Of a DNA stretch of 64,000 nt, positions 12,201-25,060 are shown one piece after another. Source of the stretch: Phoronis australis (Eukaryota > Animalia > Phoronida); the NCBI GenBank assembly GCA_002633005.1, contig NMRA01000064.1:1046420-1110419 (forward strand), in the 5' to 3' direction. Each line of letters begins with the position of its first letter. The stretch's first letter is position 1. The position numbers were made by a program, and so were the translations under genes. The notes beneath the pieces are model-generated. The model saw only the letters and a list, made by a program, of their open reading frames with translations. It did no database searches and had not been told where the DNA came from.

Positions 12201-15200
12201 CGTCTGTGTCCACCATAAGTATTAAAGTACTTGTTCACGATTAACCGCACCTTAGTTAATGCACACTGTTATTTCCGTGTCATTTTACTTTTTTTGTGGC
12301 CAAAGGAGGGGCACAGATGCGGATCAAGGATTTTGAGTTAGGGGTGCCAGGGTTAGCCAGGATTTTACCCTTCAGATATTTGCACCCCCGAACTGCAAAA
12401 TGGAATCTGTGAGAATTTTAGGGGTCTATAGCCCCTTTGGCCCCCCTCTAAATCCGCTACTGAGGCAGAACCCCTGCCCGGCAACCTTATAGTATCGGGG
12501 ACCAATTGAGATGGAACTCAGCCAGAGTAATCATTAGATGCCTTTTTAGTCATACGCGTAGCGCTTGCGACGATGACGCTCTGCTCGAACCGTCAAATTC
12601 TGAGAAAATACGAAGGACACCCTTCAGTGCGAACTGGTCTACGTATAGGCGGATCCAGGGGTTCAAGGAGTCCGGACCCCCTTTTCCCGTGATTTTAGTG
12701 ATATTAAATCTATAATTTTCAAATTGTTGACCAAGGTCCTCCTTTTAAAAATCCTTGATCCGACCTCCCCTTTAAAAATTCTTGGTCCCCCTGTTACGTT
12801 TGATCTTGTGTCGTCCTAAAACTGAATATTGAAATAGTCCGTCCTTGCTCTAAAACTGCGTCACAAATGCACACCTCAGCATCATTCAGTTGGTCCTAAT
12901 CGTACAACTCTGACATATTCAATAGTATTAAACCTGGGTCTCATCAAGTCTAAAGTTAAACCTGATTTAAGATCTTAATACAGGTCTAAGTAATACCTCG
13001 TTGGTGAAATGAAAACTGACTTAGACCAGGTCTAAACTGGAGTTAAAATTTAAAGCACTTAACCTTTATGAAGTGCAGATTATCTTTAAACTTGGTCTAA
13101 GTCCAGTTTAAACCAGGTTTGACTTTAACCACCTTTATGAAATCGAGTGTGTCTTGTGTCTTGGTGTTAGGGCTCAGCCCTGAAATTGTTCCGTTCCATT
13201 CGACCCTTGAATCGGTCCCATATTCACATTGGTTGACTAATATTTAAGGTTGCGTTCAAATAGTGCACGGCCGGAAATATGAATTTTAGTCACTGTAACA
13301 GAATGGTAGATCAAACTGTAATCTTTTTGATTTTTTACAGAATAAAGCCAGCTACTGGTACACGTTCCCAATGTGTGCAGCAGACTTCGGGGAATATTCG
13401 CCGAAATGTGACCCACCTGGCGGTTATAATGCCTCTTTGAGTAATTCCATTGAGATTTTCAAAGTGCACCTGTCAAAAGCTTTGGATAAACTCAATGGTG
13501 ATGTAGATTTGGCAGGTACGTCTCTTAAATTATTTTTTTTATCAGAAATAGTCACAAAATACAATTGCATTGGACATCTGTGTACTTTAGTGGCAGACCT
13601 TCTTTTGTACGTGTTCCATGTACTGGGTGTTTTTAGCCTTTAGTAGTGTTCAACAAACGTTCGTATCTTCTATGAACATGTCTCATCGGGTGATAGTTGA
13701 GTTGATAACCGAGTGTGAGTGGCATCACGAACACACAACTAAATATAAAATAAAATTCAAAATAAAACGAGACGATCGCCGCACAAATAAAAAGCTCATG
13801 TTAAACCAACGTTTCGCCTATTCATTAGACATCATCAGGATCATATTTACAACAATTTAGGACAACAAGTGCCAACATGCAGCTCAGGTAACATCCATAA
13901 AGTGAAGCGAGTGATACAGGGAATATAGTCGGTAGCTGGTCATCACCATAGTTGCAGGGTCACTGAGCTCTGCATGTTATTCAGAGAATCAGTGGCATTC
14001 TGATTTTGAATGGCCAATGACTCTTTAATGTGCAGTAACTCCCTATCAGATTCTCTGCAGATAATGCTAACTGAATTTGCTTGGTGATTGTTGCTAACGC
14101 AATGCCTATATATGTTGCGAGTGAGGTGTGATGTCCTTTCAACCTGTCACAGAGGCGTCTCTGTGTAAGTCCGATATAGAACTCCTTACAGTTGTCATAT
14201 TCAACCTTATAAACAACATTGCTCTTGTTCAATAAAATGATGGATGACTTCAGTTTACACAGCATATTGGAAAGTTTCCGAAGAGGTTGGAAAACAACTA
14301 TCTCTGAATAACCATGCTATGAACATTCCCACTAAATAAAATTGGTTCTAACCCCGGTGTTTAAGGTATACGGCGGGGTATGGAAAATTGAACTAGACCG
14401 TATTTATCCACCTTGGCTGAGACGCGCTCGGCTCATGCTCAAAGGGATGCCGCCAAGCTGCTCTATTCATCGAGTCACGAGCGAGGATAATTGACTTCGC
14501 TCATGCGGANNGTGAAATGAATTTTTCTAAGCGTTTGTTTGAGCCAATACAGTATACAGCTTTCCACCAAGGCTAGGTGATGCAAGACATTATTACTTGT
14601 TCTTTGTTGCATTATAGTAACTGGTCTTGGCTAATTATCATTTTATGGCCTGGTCATCCATTCAGCCCAAAGTAGTTCCAGAGGTGGCTTATCAGCCAAT
14701 TATTCACGCATGCTGACTCACAATAGAAGCCTGATAAGAGTGAAGGTGGATAAATGTGGTGTTCCTACAGTTTCTTGTTTTAGTGGATGTGTTCACGACA
14801 TGACATGCAGAGCTCAGTGACCCTGCAACTATGATGATGACCAGCTACTGACTATATTCCCTGTATCTCTCACTTCACTTTATGGATGTTACCTGAGCTG
14901 TATGTTGGCACTTGTTGTCCTAAATTGTTGTAAATATGATCCTGATGATGTCTAATGAATAGACAAAACGTTGATTTAACGTGAATTTTTATATTTGTGC
15001 GGCGATCGTCCAGTTTTTAATCTTACTGTGGCCAAAAACTGATTTAATTAAAAATAAAAACAACGTACAAAACATCTCATAGTAAAACAGTTGCTGTACT
15101 TCGACTGGTCTTTAGTGATTCAGGCAAATTAATATAAAATTATAAACTCTATCGTGTATGATACATGAAACAAAACAATCATGACTTCAAACACGAATAT

Positions 15201-18200
15201 AAGGTCCACCAGAAGTCCGATTTAGCCGTAATATGTTTTGAGGTTATCCATGACTCTATGAAAGAAAAACTTATTGATCCTACTATAGAGACTGAACTGA
15301 AGGCTGATTTAACAAGATTAGCGTCAACACTGTGTCGTCCAGACCATCTTGGTTTGAGGAAGTTTAAAGAGGCACGGAACGCCAAAGCTCGTCAAAAACA
15401 CCTTTTAAACAATCCCTGACGAAAGTTACATATCGCAACATCTAGAACAGAATGATTCACTTTCCTCCCCTGTGAGGAAAAGTTCCAGAAAAAATCACAA
15501 AACTCGCGATTTTTCAAATATGTGCGAAGAAAAAACAACTCTGGTTACCACAGAGTTTCTAATCTCTCTCCCACTTTTGATAAATGCGCGCATGCGCTCC
15601 CAGTCAGTTGCTTAAAGTCACTTGAGGTCAAAGGTCACATTTCCATATAAGGGAAATATGCTTCTTCTATGTCTTGCAGTCAGTCCAGGAATTTGCAGTA
15701 TATTTAAACTCGAGACATCCTTACTTGAAATTCAGTATAAAATTAGAGGTTGAAAACATATCGCCAATTTTCCACATGTATGTGTTAGGTGAACGTGAGG
15801 GTAGCAGCATTTCATAAAGACAAACACACAGGACTGTACACTTGCTTTCATGATAGCTGCGCATTCATTGTTTATAAAGCGGGTCTCAATAGGCAGGCTA
15901 TGTTGCATTAACAACACTGTCTTGGGCTAGATCTAGTGTAAAAGAACTTTCATCAAATTTGCAGCTACCCAATAGAGTCTTGAAAGCAAGACTGTAACGT
16001 AACCCTGATGCTATATTCGTCTTGTAGACAATACTGACTGCAAGTACTTTAAAACACCCTATGTTGGTTTTTACGCCATAATTACTAAACAAAAGCTAAA
16101 ACATTGATGAATTGTTGCTCTGTTAACTTAAGAGTTGTTACTGTCGAATTTATTTAGCAAAGGACAGAATTCCTATGGGTCTACGGTCCAGGGAAGTGTA
16201 CAAATTTATCTGTGCTGGATGTGGCTCCAGTTGTACTGGCGAAACTATTCACCATTTGAAAATCCTAGTCAGGGAACTTCTAAATTTTGCCAGAAGTTCA
16301 CGTACTTTTCATCTGACAGAGCTCCAGTCATCGGTTATGAGTAATGCTTTTTCAATGACAGCTAAAAACGACCAACATCAAGGGAGCTGAAAGTTCGCGA
16401 GGCTCTACATGTACATATGTAAGCAACTGGCACACCAGAGGTTGTCATTGTTAGTCTAGCTGTTACTCCCATGAGCCTGTAACTGACTGCATGTCTTTGT
16501 ATCATTGGGCCTAGCAACGTGGCCACTGTTTTTGCTTCTGAGGATGGTGTGTTGATAATAACCGCTGAAACATGTCAAGTCGATTTAAATCCATCGTTGT
16601 TACTTACGCTGTCTTATACTAGTCATGGAGAATATAAGGTAGCATATAAAACAACGCAATTTTCACAAGGAATTGTCATGGGGAACTTTGCTACTATAAA
16701 ATACTGTAAAATCAAATGAAATACATATGTGTTACAAAATGGCTATACTTCGGGAGCAAGTTTTCCGATATGCAAAATTTATTAAATACACGACACTTTT
16801 CATTATTAACAGTCTTTATTGCGTCCGTTCGTATCCTCGAAACAAAGTCCTATACTAAATAGAACGTTGATTTGTTCAGAGGATAAGAAAGGAATGGACT
16901 TAAGGCTGTATCTCAAAATATGAACATTATTCATATAATAACAAGGTATCACGGAACCCGATATATCTTTGGAATTGATGCCAGTTTTTATTATTGATGC
17001 TTTTAAGCATTAAACAATTCTTTAAAAAGAATTTTCAGACGAATGGTATTCCGTTCGAAATACCTAACGATGGTATTGTCGACTATGTCCGAGCGGGTCA
17101 TTTTCCTTTTGTGATGCAGGATCTATATTAATTTAGTAAGTGAATTTACATGAAGACAACAGCCGACGACTTTCAGGCGGATGGAACGGACCCTGTGCCC
17201 ACAAGTGGCAATTTCATTTTGTTTTCCTTTGTTTCTTTTAAGTTCCTTGACAGATTTTTATGATTTTTTTGGATGGAATGTACGTTTTTGCGCCATCTAG
17301 TGGCCATTTTTATGATACAAATAAAAAAGCATACCATTTGCGATACATTCGTGGGCGCATTTCAGCGCTCCGCGTTGCTTTTGTTTGGAATGGCAAGACG
17401 TATAGTAAACTAAACGATGGCAATTATGCCCTTGGGAAATGTTTACTGGGCAATTTTTGAGCAAATAAGCGCATATATATAAATAGATATATACTAGGCG
17501 TGGAGGATTTCTGTTGGTACGAAATAGATTATATTTCGTATGTTTTTCAAAAATAGTGAATCAGACAATTTGTTCTTGAAATTCTTGCAATATTTAAAGT
17601 GAATAACTGGCATGTTAGAATCCTGCAGTAGTAGATTCGCCGCGGTCTATTTACAAAGTATCTTTAAAGGCTTTCGCGTTCCAGACCTTGTTAACATAAA
17701 CACGAAACGATACCGGAGAGAAACAATTCTGTGAAATAACCCAGACAGAAATTAATCAAAACTTTTGTTAGAAAGGCACTCCTTTTTTATTGTCAACATT
17801 AGAAAATAAAAAGACTCTTCAATCAAACGATATCTCCAAAACTGGGACATTTCGTAAATCACAGTGCTACATGCTATGTGTTTTGCCAGGTTTGTAACCT
17901 GAGTTGCCGAATGAGCGAAATCAGCAAACTTACCAAGCAACGCGGGAGCGTAACGCCACCTGAAAATCGAACTTTAATTCCTTCATTAAAATCATGTGCT
18001 GCTGAAAGACCATCATATGGCAATACAAATACGTCTAGAATGAAATGGTTTGGGGCAAAATTTGTTTTATGAAGTAATTAAAATACGGAATGTCTCTTAA
18101 TTAGGCAAAGCCGGCATGAGAAAACTAGGAACGGTGAGAAGAAAATACTTATATTAATTCATTTTCCAGGAGTTTATTACGAAAAAATAGACAAATTCGG

Positions 18201-21200
18201 GCACAGATACGGACCACACTCTCTCGAGATAAAAGATGCTATCGTGGAACTTGACAGAGCAGTCGATTGGTTACAAGACGAAATTGAAAGCCGCAATCTG
18301 GTCAACAAACTTAATGTTATCATCGTGTCCGACCATGGCATGGCGAAAATCAATATATCTCGTGTGATCAACGTAACGCATTACTCGGCAGCAGAGGACC
18401 TTTTGCTCATTCTCAACGCTGGTCCGTACGTAAGCGTGTGGCCCGCTGAAGGGAAATTAGAAAAAGTAGGTATTAACACATGGGTGGCATGGATACAAAT
18501 GCGCAATTGGTAACTGTAATTATACAGGAACACAGGTGTACATTATTTAAAAAAGCCGTAGGCTACCTTAGTATAAGGTGGTTATGATATCGCACTGTAA
18601 ATGTACAACTGTGCTTAAAGGACAATGATAAGCATATAAAAATATTCAAAGTGGACGTATACGGAGGCAAACTACAGCACCGATGTTTATCCCTACATTT
18701 TGTATGCATGTTCGCCTCTGGCAGGTGGCGATGCTTATTCTGAACGTATTTGTAAGTGTCCGTCTCCATTCGAAATTATTTTGGTTTTAATCGATAAATA
18801 CTTCCGTTCATTCTTATGCTGAACCGGTCTCCCTTGCAAATTATGCACTAAGTTCCTTTAAGGGGATTGTTTTAGCTTTGTCGAGGTACACATAACTCAG
18901 GATAACGCTACCACGTACAGGACCTACGTGGCACGTCTAGGGGCTAGTTCTACAGAATGATGTGCGGCATCATTCATCAGTTACAGATGACTTCCATTTT
19001 AAAGAATCTTTTCTCTGGCCCAAACGTACAGGTGTACAGTCAACTTAAAGATGCTCACCCTCATCTGACAGTCTGGCGCAAGGACGAGATTCCAGAGCGC
19101 TTCCGTTTCCGTAACAGTGATCGCGTGTCACCAATAACTCTGTTGGCTGACAAAGGGTGGTTTATCGCTACCGTAAGTCAACATGTATTGCGTGGGTAAA
19201 CTATTGTATTACTCTAAACTTCATGTTAAACCCGTAAATCTGTAAATTCATCTACATGTGTACGTTAAATCCGGGATTTCATCTACAGTCTATGTGTTAG
19301 ACCCGTGATTTCGCCTAAAAAGTAATTTGATATTTGCATTTAAATACACAAAAAGTAGTCCTGGACCCAGTCTCCACGCTCAGTATCAACCCAAAACTGA
19401 GATATATGAAAATTAACCAACCATGACGCATTATTCAAGAGCGAATTCCTAAGTTCACTCGAAACACGCCATGTACATTGTAACTGGTCGATTTTTGAGC
19501 TCGAGTATGGTCAAAGACCCCAGTGTCAAGTACACATAACCCAACTGGACAGTATTATGAGTTGTTTCTGAACCGAACAGTCAATTTTAACGAAAATTAC
19601 TGGCTCTACAGTTCTTCGTTGTTATCCGTCTAAACTTGGCACCGGAACTATATCATTTTGTTCTGCATTACAGCGTTTCCCGTTCAGTGACTTAACCAGA
19701 CGTAGGGGGTGGTGAGCGTGTGATAACATCTAGCTTTTTTGTTAACTGCCAAGCACAGTCTTTTTTCTGTTATGACAACAGGCATGCCAATTACAGTGGC
19801 GGATTTAGGGGGAGGGCCAAGGGGGCCATGGCCCTCCTAAAATTCTACCAGATACCATTTGGGAGTTCGGGTGCGCGAAAGCAGGTTATCGTCGGGGGTG
19901 AATAAACAATGCATAGGCCCTCAACAAACTGAGCAAACCCCGTTTACCGTTTTTTTTTTTTAGTCAACAGGTCCGCAACCCCAAACATTCGAGGCCTCTG
20001 CGTCCCCACATTTTAGGCTGGGCGCGCGCATCTGTCGGTTATTCCCGTGTCCTGGCCCCCTAACTCAAAATCCTGGATCCGCCCCTGAATTATCAACCAG
20101 GCTTGTTACAGACCACGTGTGAACACAGTCAAACCCAGAGTGAATTGGTGTATTCGGAAAGAATATATTGTCGTAACTTCGGTTGCAGATGGGCGATTTT
20201 GGCGATTCAAAAACTAAACATGATCACCATATGACGAAGATTTCAGAAATGCTATTGGTTTATGTTCAAATATGTTATAAATTAACTTTTATTTTTAACA
20301 GCACAGCCCAGTCAGATACGATCTTATTGGAGATTAGAGTAATTATCGAACAAAAGAGAGCTGGCCCTCCAACCATAAATGTCGGACTGGAGTCGTGTAA
20401 GATATTGGCTAGAGGGGTAAACTTCCCAACTTCTTGTTGTTGGGATATAGAATCGAACAAGTTGGGAGCAACGGGAGAACGCCGTAATGGAGAATCTAAA
20501 GACTGAATTAATGCTCATTAGAAACTTCCGATAGTCATGACATCAAAGATTTTACGGTCTTTTCTAGCGTGCAAAAACTAACTTTTAAACTGTTTGAAAA
20601 TGGTCCCGCAATCTTACATCGACGAATTTGGTATGGACATTGCAACAACTACAGGTTTTTCTACCTCAAAGTGTGAATGAAAGCTGTGGCGAAGAGGACA
20701 TTAAAAAGTGTCAACAACACGTTGATTAACTGTTGAACTTTTAAAAACGTCTTGTGCATCATTGAGACATGATGGCGTCGAAGAAATAATATTTTTGAAA
20801 ATGTTTTAATGCAGCAACAGGAAGCCATGTCCAAATGCAAAGTGCCCCCTGCGCTACAATTAAGGTGGAAAAGCGTGTCTCTGACACCAAAAACAATACA
20901 GCTGATTATCAAACAACATTGAGGACCTCCGATCCAATAAGCTTTGTATGTATATCAAGAGATTTGTGAAAGAAAATCATCTTTAGTCAATAGAAGCATC
21001 TCTTTGACATCTGTTTGGCTTTATTAAGTCAGAACAATAATTAACGGAGGGGACACCATCTAACGGAGGGGACAAATTATTAGGGGAAAGTACATTTTGT
21101 AACGCATAAGACAAAAGGTAGAGATATTATAGTGCCTTTTCTCATAAATTCGGATTTGTACGTCTGCCTTTTGGCGCAATTGACTACAGTTTGATCTGTT

Positions 21201-22600
21201 CAGTCACTTGTGACGTGCATATCATTTCAGCAACATGCTGGGTTCTATGTCTATGATGGCATGTACGGAAATGGAGCGCATGGCTACGACAACGACATTT
21301 CTGAAATGAGAGGCATCTTCACTGCCAGAGGCCCAGGTACCGAGCGACATCACTTTTCTTTTAACAGTAGATGAGTTTCACTTATAAAGCTATGGTCTGA
21401 CCCACTTTAGAATGTGACTCTATTGTATGGAACTCCTATAGCAGCAGTTGGGACAAGTACACAGGAGAGCTACGCGTTGGGTCACAAATAGTTCTGACGC
21501 ACATCTGCAATATGGTAAATTAAAATGCTTCACAGACTAAACTGGCCTCTCTTCATCCACAGGACTGGTGTATAATTAGTTGGATGAAAATGCTCTTTAA
21601 AAACAATGAAAAGCCAATGATCGCCAATTTTGACTATTTGATGGCAGAACTTTACTTATAACATGCCAATATAGGACAAACTACAGACAAATTATTTTTC
21701 CCAAGGACTGTTGCAGATTGGATTAGCTTGCCAGGGTACATTACTTCAGCCTTGTCTCTTGATATCAACAGCAAGCAACGTGCCTTTCTGATGTAACATA
21801 GTAGGGGTTCCCTTATTGGAGCACCTGTTACTAAACCTAATTTCCATTCCTAACGACTAGCTATAGTAGTGGAATTGACAGTCGATCATTAATTTATTAC
21901 TTTTATAGCTGTTGTTCTGTCTGTAAGTCTTCTTCATTGTTATACAGTGCCATCATACTCTGGAGAGTGTGTGGTCACTTAAACCACGAGGAAGAGAGTA
22001 TTAAGTTCTATTCCGTCATAAAGACGGTAGCACAATAGCCAATGCATTAACGCGGTGATTAACTAACACATGTCGACGAAAACATCCCCTCATCTAAAAT
22101 TCTTGAGTTTCTTATTCACTCCATATTAAAATACCTCCAGTTTTGAGCTTTTAATGAGCAAAATTTATGACATTTGTCATCTTAGTTCTTTTTCTGCGAG
22201 ACATTTAGGCTCGGGGGGGGGGGAGAGGGGGAGGCCTCAGTTGCATGAAATCGGGAGAAGGCATTGAGCATATTTGTAGCTGAAAGTGGCTGCTTACGTC
22301 CTTAATGTGCGGATCTTCAATGACTTCCAACATCTTTCTTAAATGGCCCCTCTGCCGTTTGTTTTAGATTTCAAGAAAAATTTCAAACAGGTGGGATTTC
22401 CTAACGTGGATGTGTACCAGATGATGTGCAAAATTCTTGACCTGAAGCCCGCCTCTCCGCACAACGGCGAATGGGATCACGTGAGCTGCATGATGGCGTC
22501 ACCGACAACATCGTCTGCTACGTCAAGCAGTTTTATCGTACCGTTGACATTCATTATATTGGCGATTTCTGGTAGAAATTGTCCTTATGAATGCATGTAA
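9214..22600 (+). CDS. ENPP6: ENPP6-like ectonucleotide pyrophosphatase/phosphodiesterase (glycerophosphocholine cholinephosphodiesterase-like), 7 exons, ~442 aa
   Basis: Exons 9214-9442, 11217-11365, 13341-13515, 18170-18465, 19032-19172, 21231-21336 and 22368-22600, all GT-AG and phase-consistent (1329 nt). Signal peptide; motifs LVDGVRWDY, PSSSYPNY (Ser nucleophile as in ENPP6 PSLSYPNY), DKFGHRYGP, VSDHGM, GAHGYDN, NVDVYQMMC and PHNG. Ser/Thr spacer plus hydrophobic C-terminus, GPI-like. Orthology is inferred from motifs only. Confidence 0.88.
9646..10523. mobile_element. CAGTGGCGGATC-type MITE (hAT5-like, 5-bp TSD GTCAC) carrying an internal repeat segment
   Basis: gtcac|CATAGGCGGATTTAG...AGATCCGCCACTG|gtcac. 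The internal segment ~9790-10150 is present inverted at ~25570-25930. Confidence 0.7.
10855..11166. mobile_element. CAGGGGCGGATCC-type MITE (5-bp TSD GAAAC/GACAC)
   Basis: gaaac|CAGGGGCGGATCCAGG...CTAAATCCGACAATG|gacac. Homologous, in inverted orientation, to 19794-20087. Confidence 0.75.
11685..13149 (+). mobile_element. Non-autonomous PIF/Harbinger derivative, copy 1 (Myb/SANT-like ORF remnant)
   Basis: TIR CAGCCGAT(A/T)T(T/C)ATAAAG and aaaccaggttta-rich subtermini. The internal peptide KRAKSFSHEEKC...VIVENKKIGAKSSQRKQQAWRDI resembles the Harbinger Myb/SANT-like protein. Homologous to 53959-55841 and 60455-61903. Confidence 0.8.
13771..15010 (-). mobile_element. Penelope-like element remnant: GIY-YIG fragment between ~210-bp inverted pseudo-LTRs
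   Basis: ORF 13981-14265(-) reads NKSNVVYKVEYDNCKEFYIGLTQRRLCDRLKGH, a GIY-YIG signature. Arms 13771-13980 and 14800-15010 are reverse complements. A small inverted-repeat insertion sits at ~14397-14760. Confidence 0.8.
13803..13843 (-). ncRNA. Minimal type I hammerhead ribozyme motif in a Penelope pLTR
   Basis: Minus strand reads UGAUC-CUGAUGA-U-GUCUA-augaa-UAGGC-GAAAC-GUU-GGUUU: both core boxes, stem II, a palindromic minimal stem III and a GUU triplet. The inverted copy at 14937-14977 has GAAA mutated to AAAA. Confidence 0.6.
15690..16620 (+). mobile_element. Degraded Penelope-like retroelement 3' part (RT thumb, GIY-YIG, pLTR)
   Basis: Remnant peptides LKFSIKLEVEN, KTNTGLYT and LRSREVYKFICAGCGSSCTGET...LKILVREL, followed by a hammerhead motif. 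Confidence 0.65.
16534..16580 (+). ncRNA. Minimal type I hammerhead ribozyme motif
   Basis: GCUU-CUGAGGA-U-GGUG...CGCU-GAAAC-AU-GUC-AAGU: stem I GCUU/AAGU, palindromic stem III ACAUGU, GUC cleavage triplet. The stem II closing pair is G-U. Confidence 0.55.
17130..17385 (+). mobile_element. 3' fragment of a Helentron-associated (HINE-like) element
   Basis: Ends gtgggcgcatttcagcgctccgcgttgcttttgt and contains gcgccatctagtggccattttt, matching the 3' end of 46561-48704. Confidence 0.65.
19794..20087. mobile_element. CAGTGGCGGAT-type MITE with perfect 5-bp TSD AATTA
   Basis: aatta|CAGTGGCGGATTTAGG...GGATCCGCCCCTG|aatta. Confidence 0.85.
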
Positions 22601-23265
22601 GAATCTGTTTAAGTTTCGTGCTGAAAGGTCAAACCATGTTATAGACAAAAGCGTTAATGTGAACGCATTGATACGACATTTGTCCTTTGTTTACATTACC
22701 GCTTCTCAAAGAATACCTGAACAGGAGTATTTGCGCGCACTGCACAGCGATTTACCATTTTTAATATTTTTGAGTTTCAAAAATGTGTGTTCAAGATGAC
22801 CCCGCACCTTTCTGCTGCATTTCGTGTGTCAAAAGACCGTCCTTCACCTTTCATTGATTGAAAAGGTGTTTCAAGTTCAAATTTTACACATTGTCCTTTC
22901 AAAAATACAACATTTCGTTTTTCTGAAACTCGAAAGCGTCAAGTAGAAGTTGTGCAAAAAATAGCAGAATGAATGAGAACAAAACTTTGTGGAAAAGTAC
23001 ACAGTTGCACCCGTGAAGATGGTTCTGTATATGTTTATGTAATACGTGTATTTATCTGTACACTCTGATATTAATGTAATACTTTTTACTGCCAAGGGGA
23101 CGGTTGCATGAAAGTTACTTAAGACTTAAGACAGAAATTTTGTCTTCCGAACCCAGTTCAAAATCATAACTAAAAATACTTTTCGCCAAGTAATTATGCA
23201 GAATTGATTAAACACACGACACTTTTCGATATTTCGAAATATCGTGTATCTCTTAATCATGTCTC

Positions 23266-23415
23266 TTGGTCAGTTACTTCATCAATGTTCCGTTGAGTGT
23301 AGAAATTTATTCCGAACATATGAACGAAACGGAGTAAAAACTGTCAATAACGAAAAGTGTCGTGTGTTTAATCAATTCTGCATATCGGAAAACTTGCTCC
23401 CGAAGTACAGCCACG
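23266..23415 (+). mobile_element. Possible Penelope-like ORF N-terminal remnant
   Basis: MSLGQLLHQCSVECRNLFRTYERNGVKTVNNEKCRVFNQFCISENLLPKY resembles the R..E....K.......FN..C....LLPK start of Penelope-type ORFs. Recognised by eye only. Confidence 0.35.
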
Positions 23416-24112
23416 TAATTATGTGTACATCACATTCTAGAAATAATTTGTAGAATTTATCTCAGTAATTAGCTCTCTGTATGTTCTCAGAGTCTTTGCA
23501 CTTTTGCTCAAATGAGATGTAATTATTTTTCGGAAGTACATGTACCTGTATGGGGCTTAGGATAAAATTTCAGTTTTTGAGTTTTGAGTTCGCTAATATG
23601 AAATGAGTATCATAAACCTGAATAAATAAACACTTTTTATGTTAAATAGCCGTGAATTTTTTGATTTTGAAGAAAAATTATTTATTTCCAAAATTTCCCA
23701 CCAAATGATGTAATGGGTGGAACACATTTGGTCACTTGACAATCAATAGCAATGGCGGAACACAGTAGATCAGAAGACAAGGACAATTTTGATCTAGACA
23801 ACTAGTATACACCCTGGGGTCACAATAGGCACACACAATCGTCAATTTTCATAATACGATTCTTTGAACTGTTTGCCTAGATAGCAGAGAGGCGGACATC
23901 AGGGGCGCAGAAAACTTTAAATCTGTACGAAAATGGAAAAGTGTTGTCATTACACATTTAGCTAGTACTTTCATGAAAATATAGTTAATGACCTCCGAAG
24001 ATACAGAGACAAACGTAAAAAAATAAAATTGCCACTAAGGCGCACAGCGATAGTCGGATCGACCCAAAATTCTTCGTCATTTAGCTGTTGTCAGCAAAAT
24101 TTCAGTAGAATC

Positions 24113-24334
24113 CAGTGGAAGATCTACGTGTTTAGTGAAGGGGGTTTAGGATTCGAGCAAATCCGAGGCGCAAAGAAGGTTGGGTGGGGGTTTTCCCCCT
24201 CACGAGTAAGATTTTTTGTGGTTTTTAGTAGTTGATTTCGTTTTTCTGGTGATTTTTTTAAAATCTTTATTTTTGATCCTGCCCCAAGGGGGGGGGGTTG
24301 AACCCCCTGAAATCCCCCTGTAGATCCGCCTCTG
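24113..24334. mobile_element. CAGTGG..GATC-type MITE with perfect 5-bp TSD GAATC
   Basis: gaatc|CAGTGGAAGATCTAC...TAGATCCGCCTCTG|gaatc. Confidence 0.8.
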
Positions 24335-25060
24335 GAATCTAGCAAGGGATTAGAAGATACAGCCGAGAACGACGGTCCTTAGAGAGAGATTGCGACAATG
24401 TGTACCCGCAAACAACCACGAGGTCGCATGAAAGTGAATCATGCCATTTGGCTATGAAACATGAGCGATTTTTCACAAAAACGAATCCCTGGTTTGCTTT
24501 TTGTTGTATATTCATTTACAATGTCCTCCATGTAATGTTTAGACATGTTTTTAGTTAATAGTTTGTTTTTCAAACTGTATTTATTATATATTTGCCGGTT
24601 CCTCGCACTCTCCCAAAAAAGCTTGATTCTACCATTTATTGAAGAACAGACGAATCAATTGCATTTTGCCGGGAACATTTGTAACGTTGGTAGGTCTTTG
24701 ATTTGATTTGGTCGCGTTTTTTCTTTCTGTTTTTGGCTTTCAAACTTGCCGAATCGACTCTCTTAATTTCAAAAAAAAAACAGAGAAAAGCCAGTCGAGC
24801 TCACGGCCCCACTCGTTGGTCCTGCAAATCAGTGCTTGTTCTATGTTAAGATCGAGTCGAGCTTGTGTAGACTGGGTCGAGGGTGTTAAGGGCCGTAGTC
24901 AAGGGTGTCGTGGGTCAAGGGGTCGTGCGGTGTGGGGGTAGAGGAAGTTTTAGAACAATCCCGCGAGCGCCGTACAACACATGCCAGTGTAAGGTGATAG
25001 CTTTGGCACTCTCAGAAACAAATGTAGACAAAAAGGAATTGAAAGTTTTTGAAACTTTCG

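Noticed and set aside
19674-19701. Candidate 28-nt ENPP micro-exon (cag|CGTTTC...AGAC|gtaggg)
   Set aside because: It would shift the frame. Exon 5 joins exon 6 directly in phase 0.
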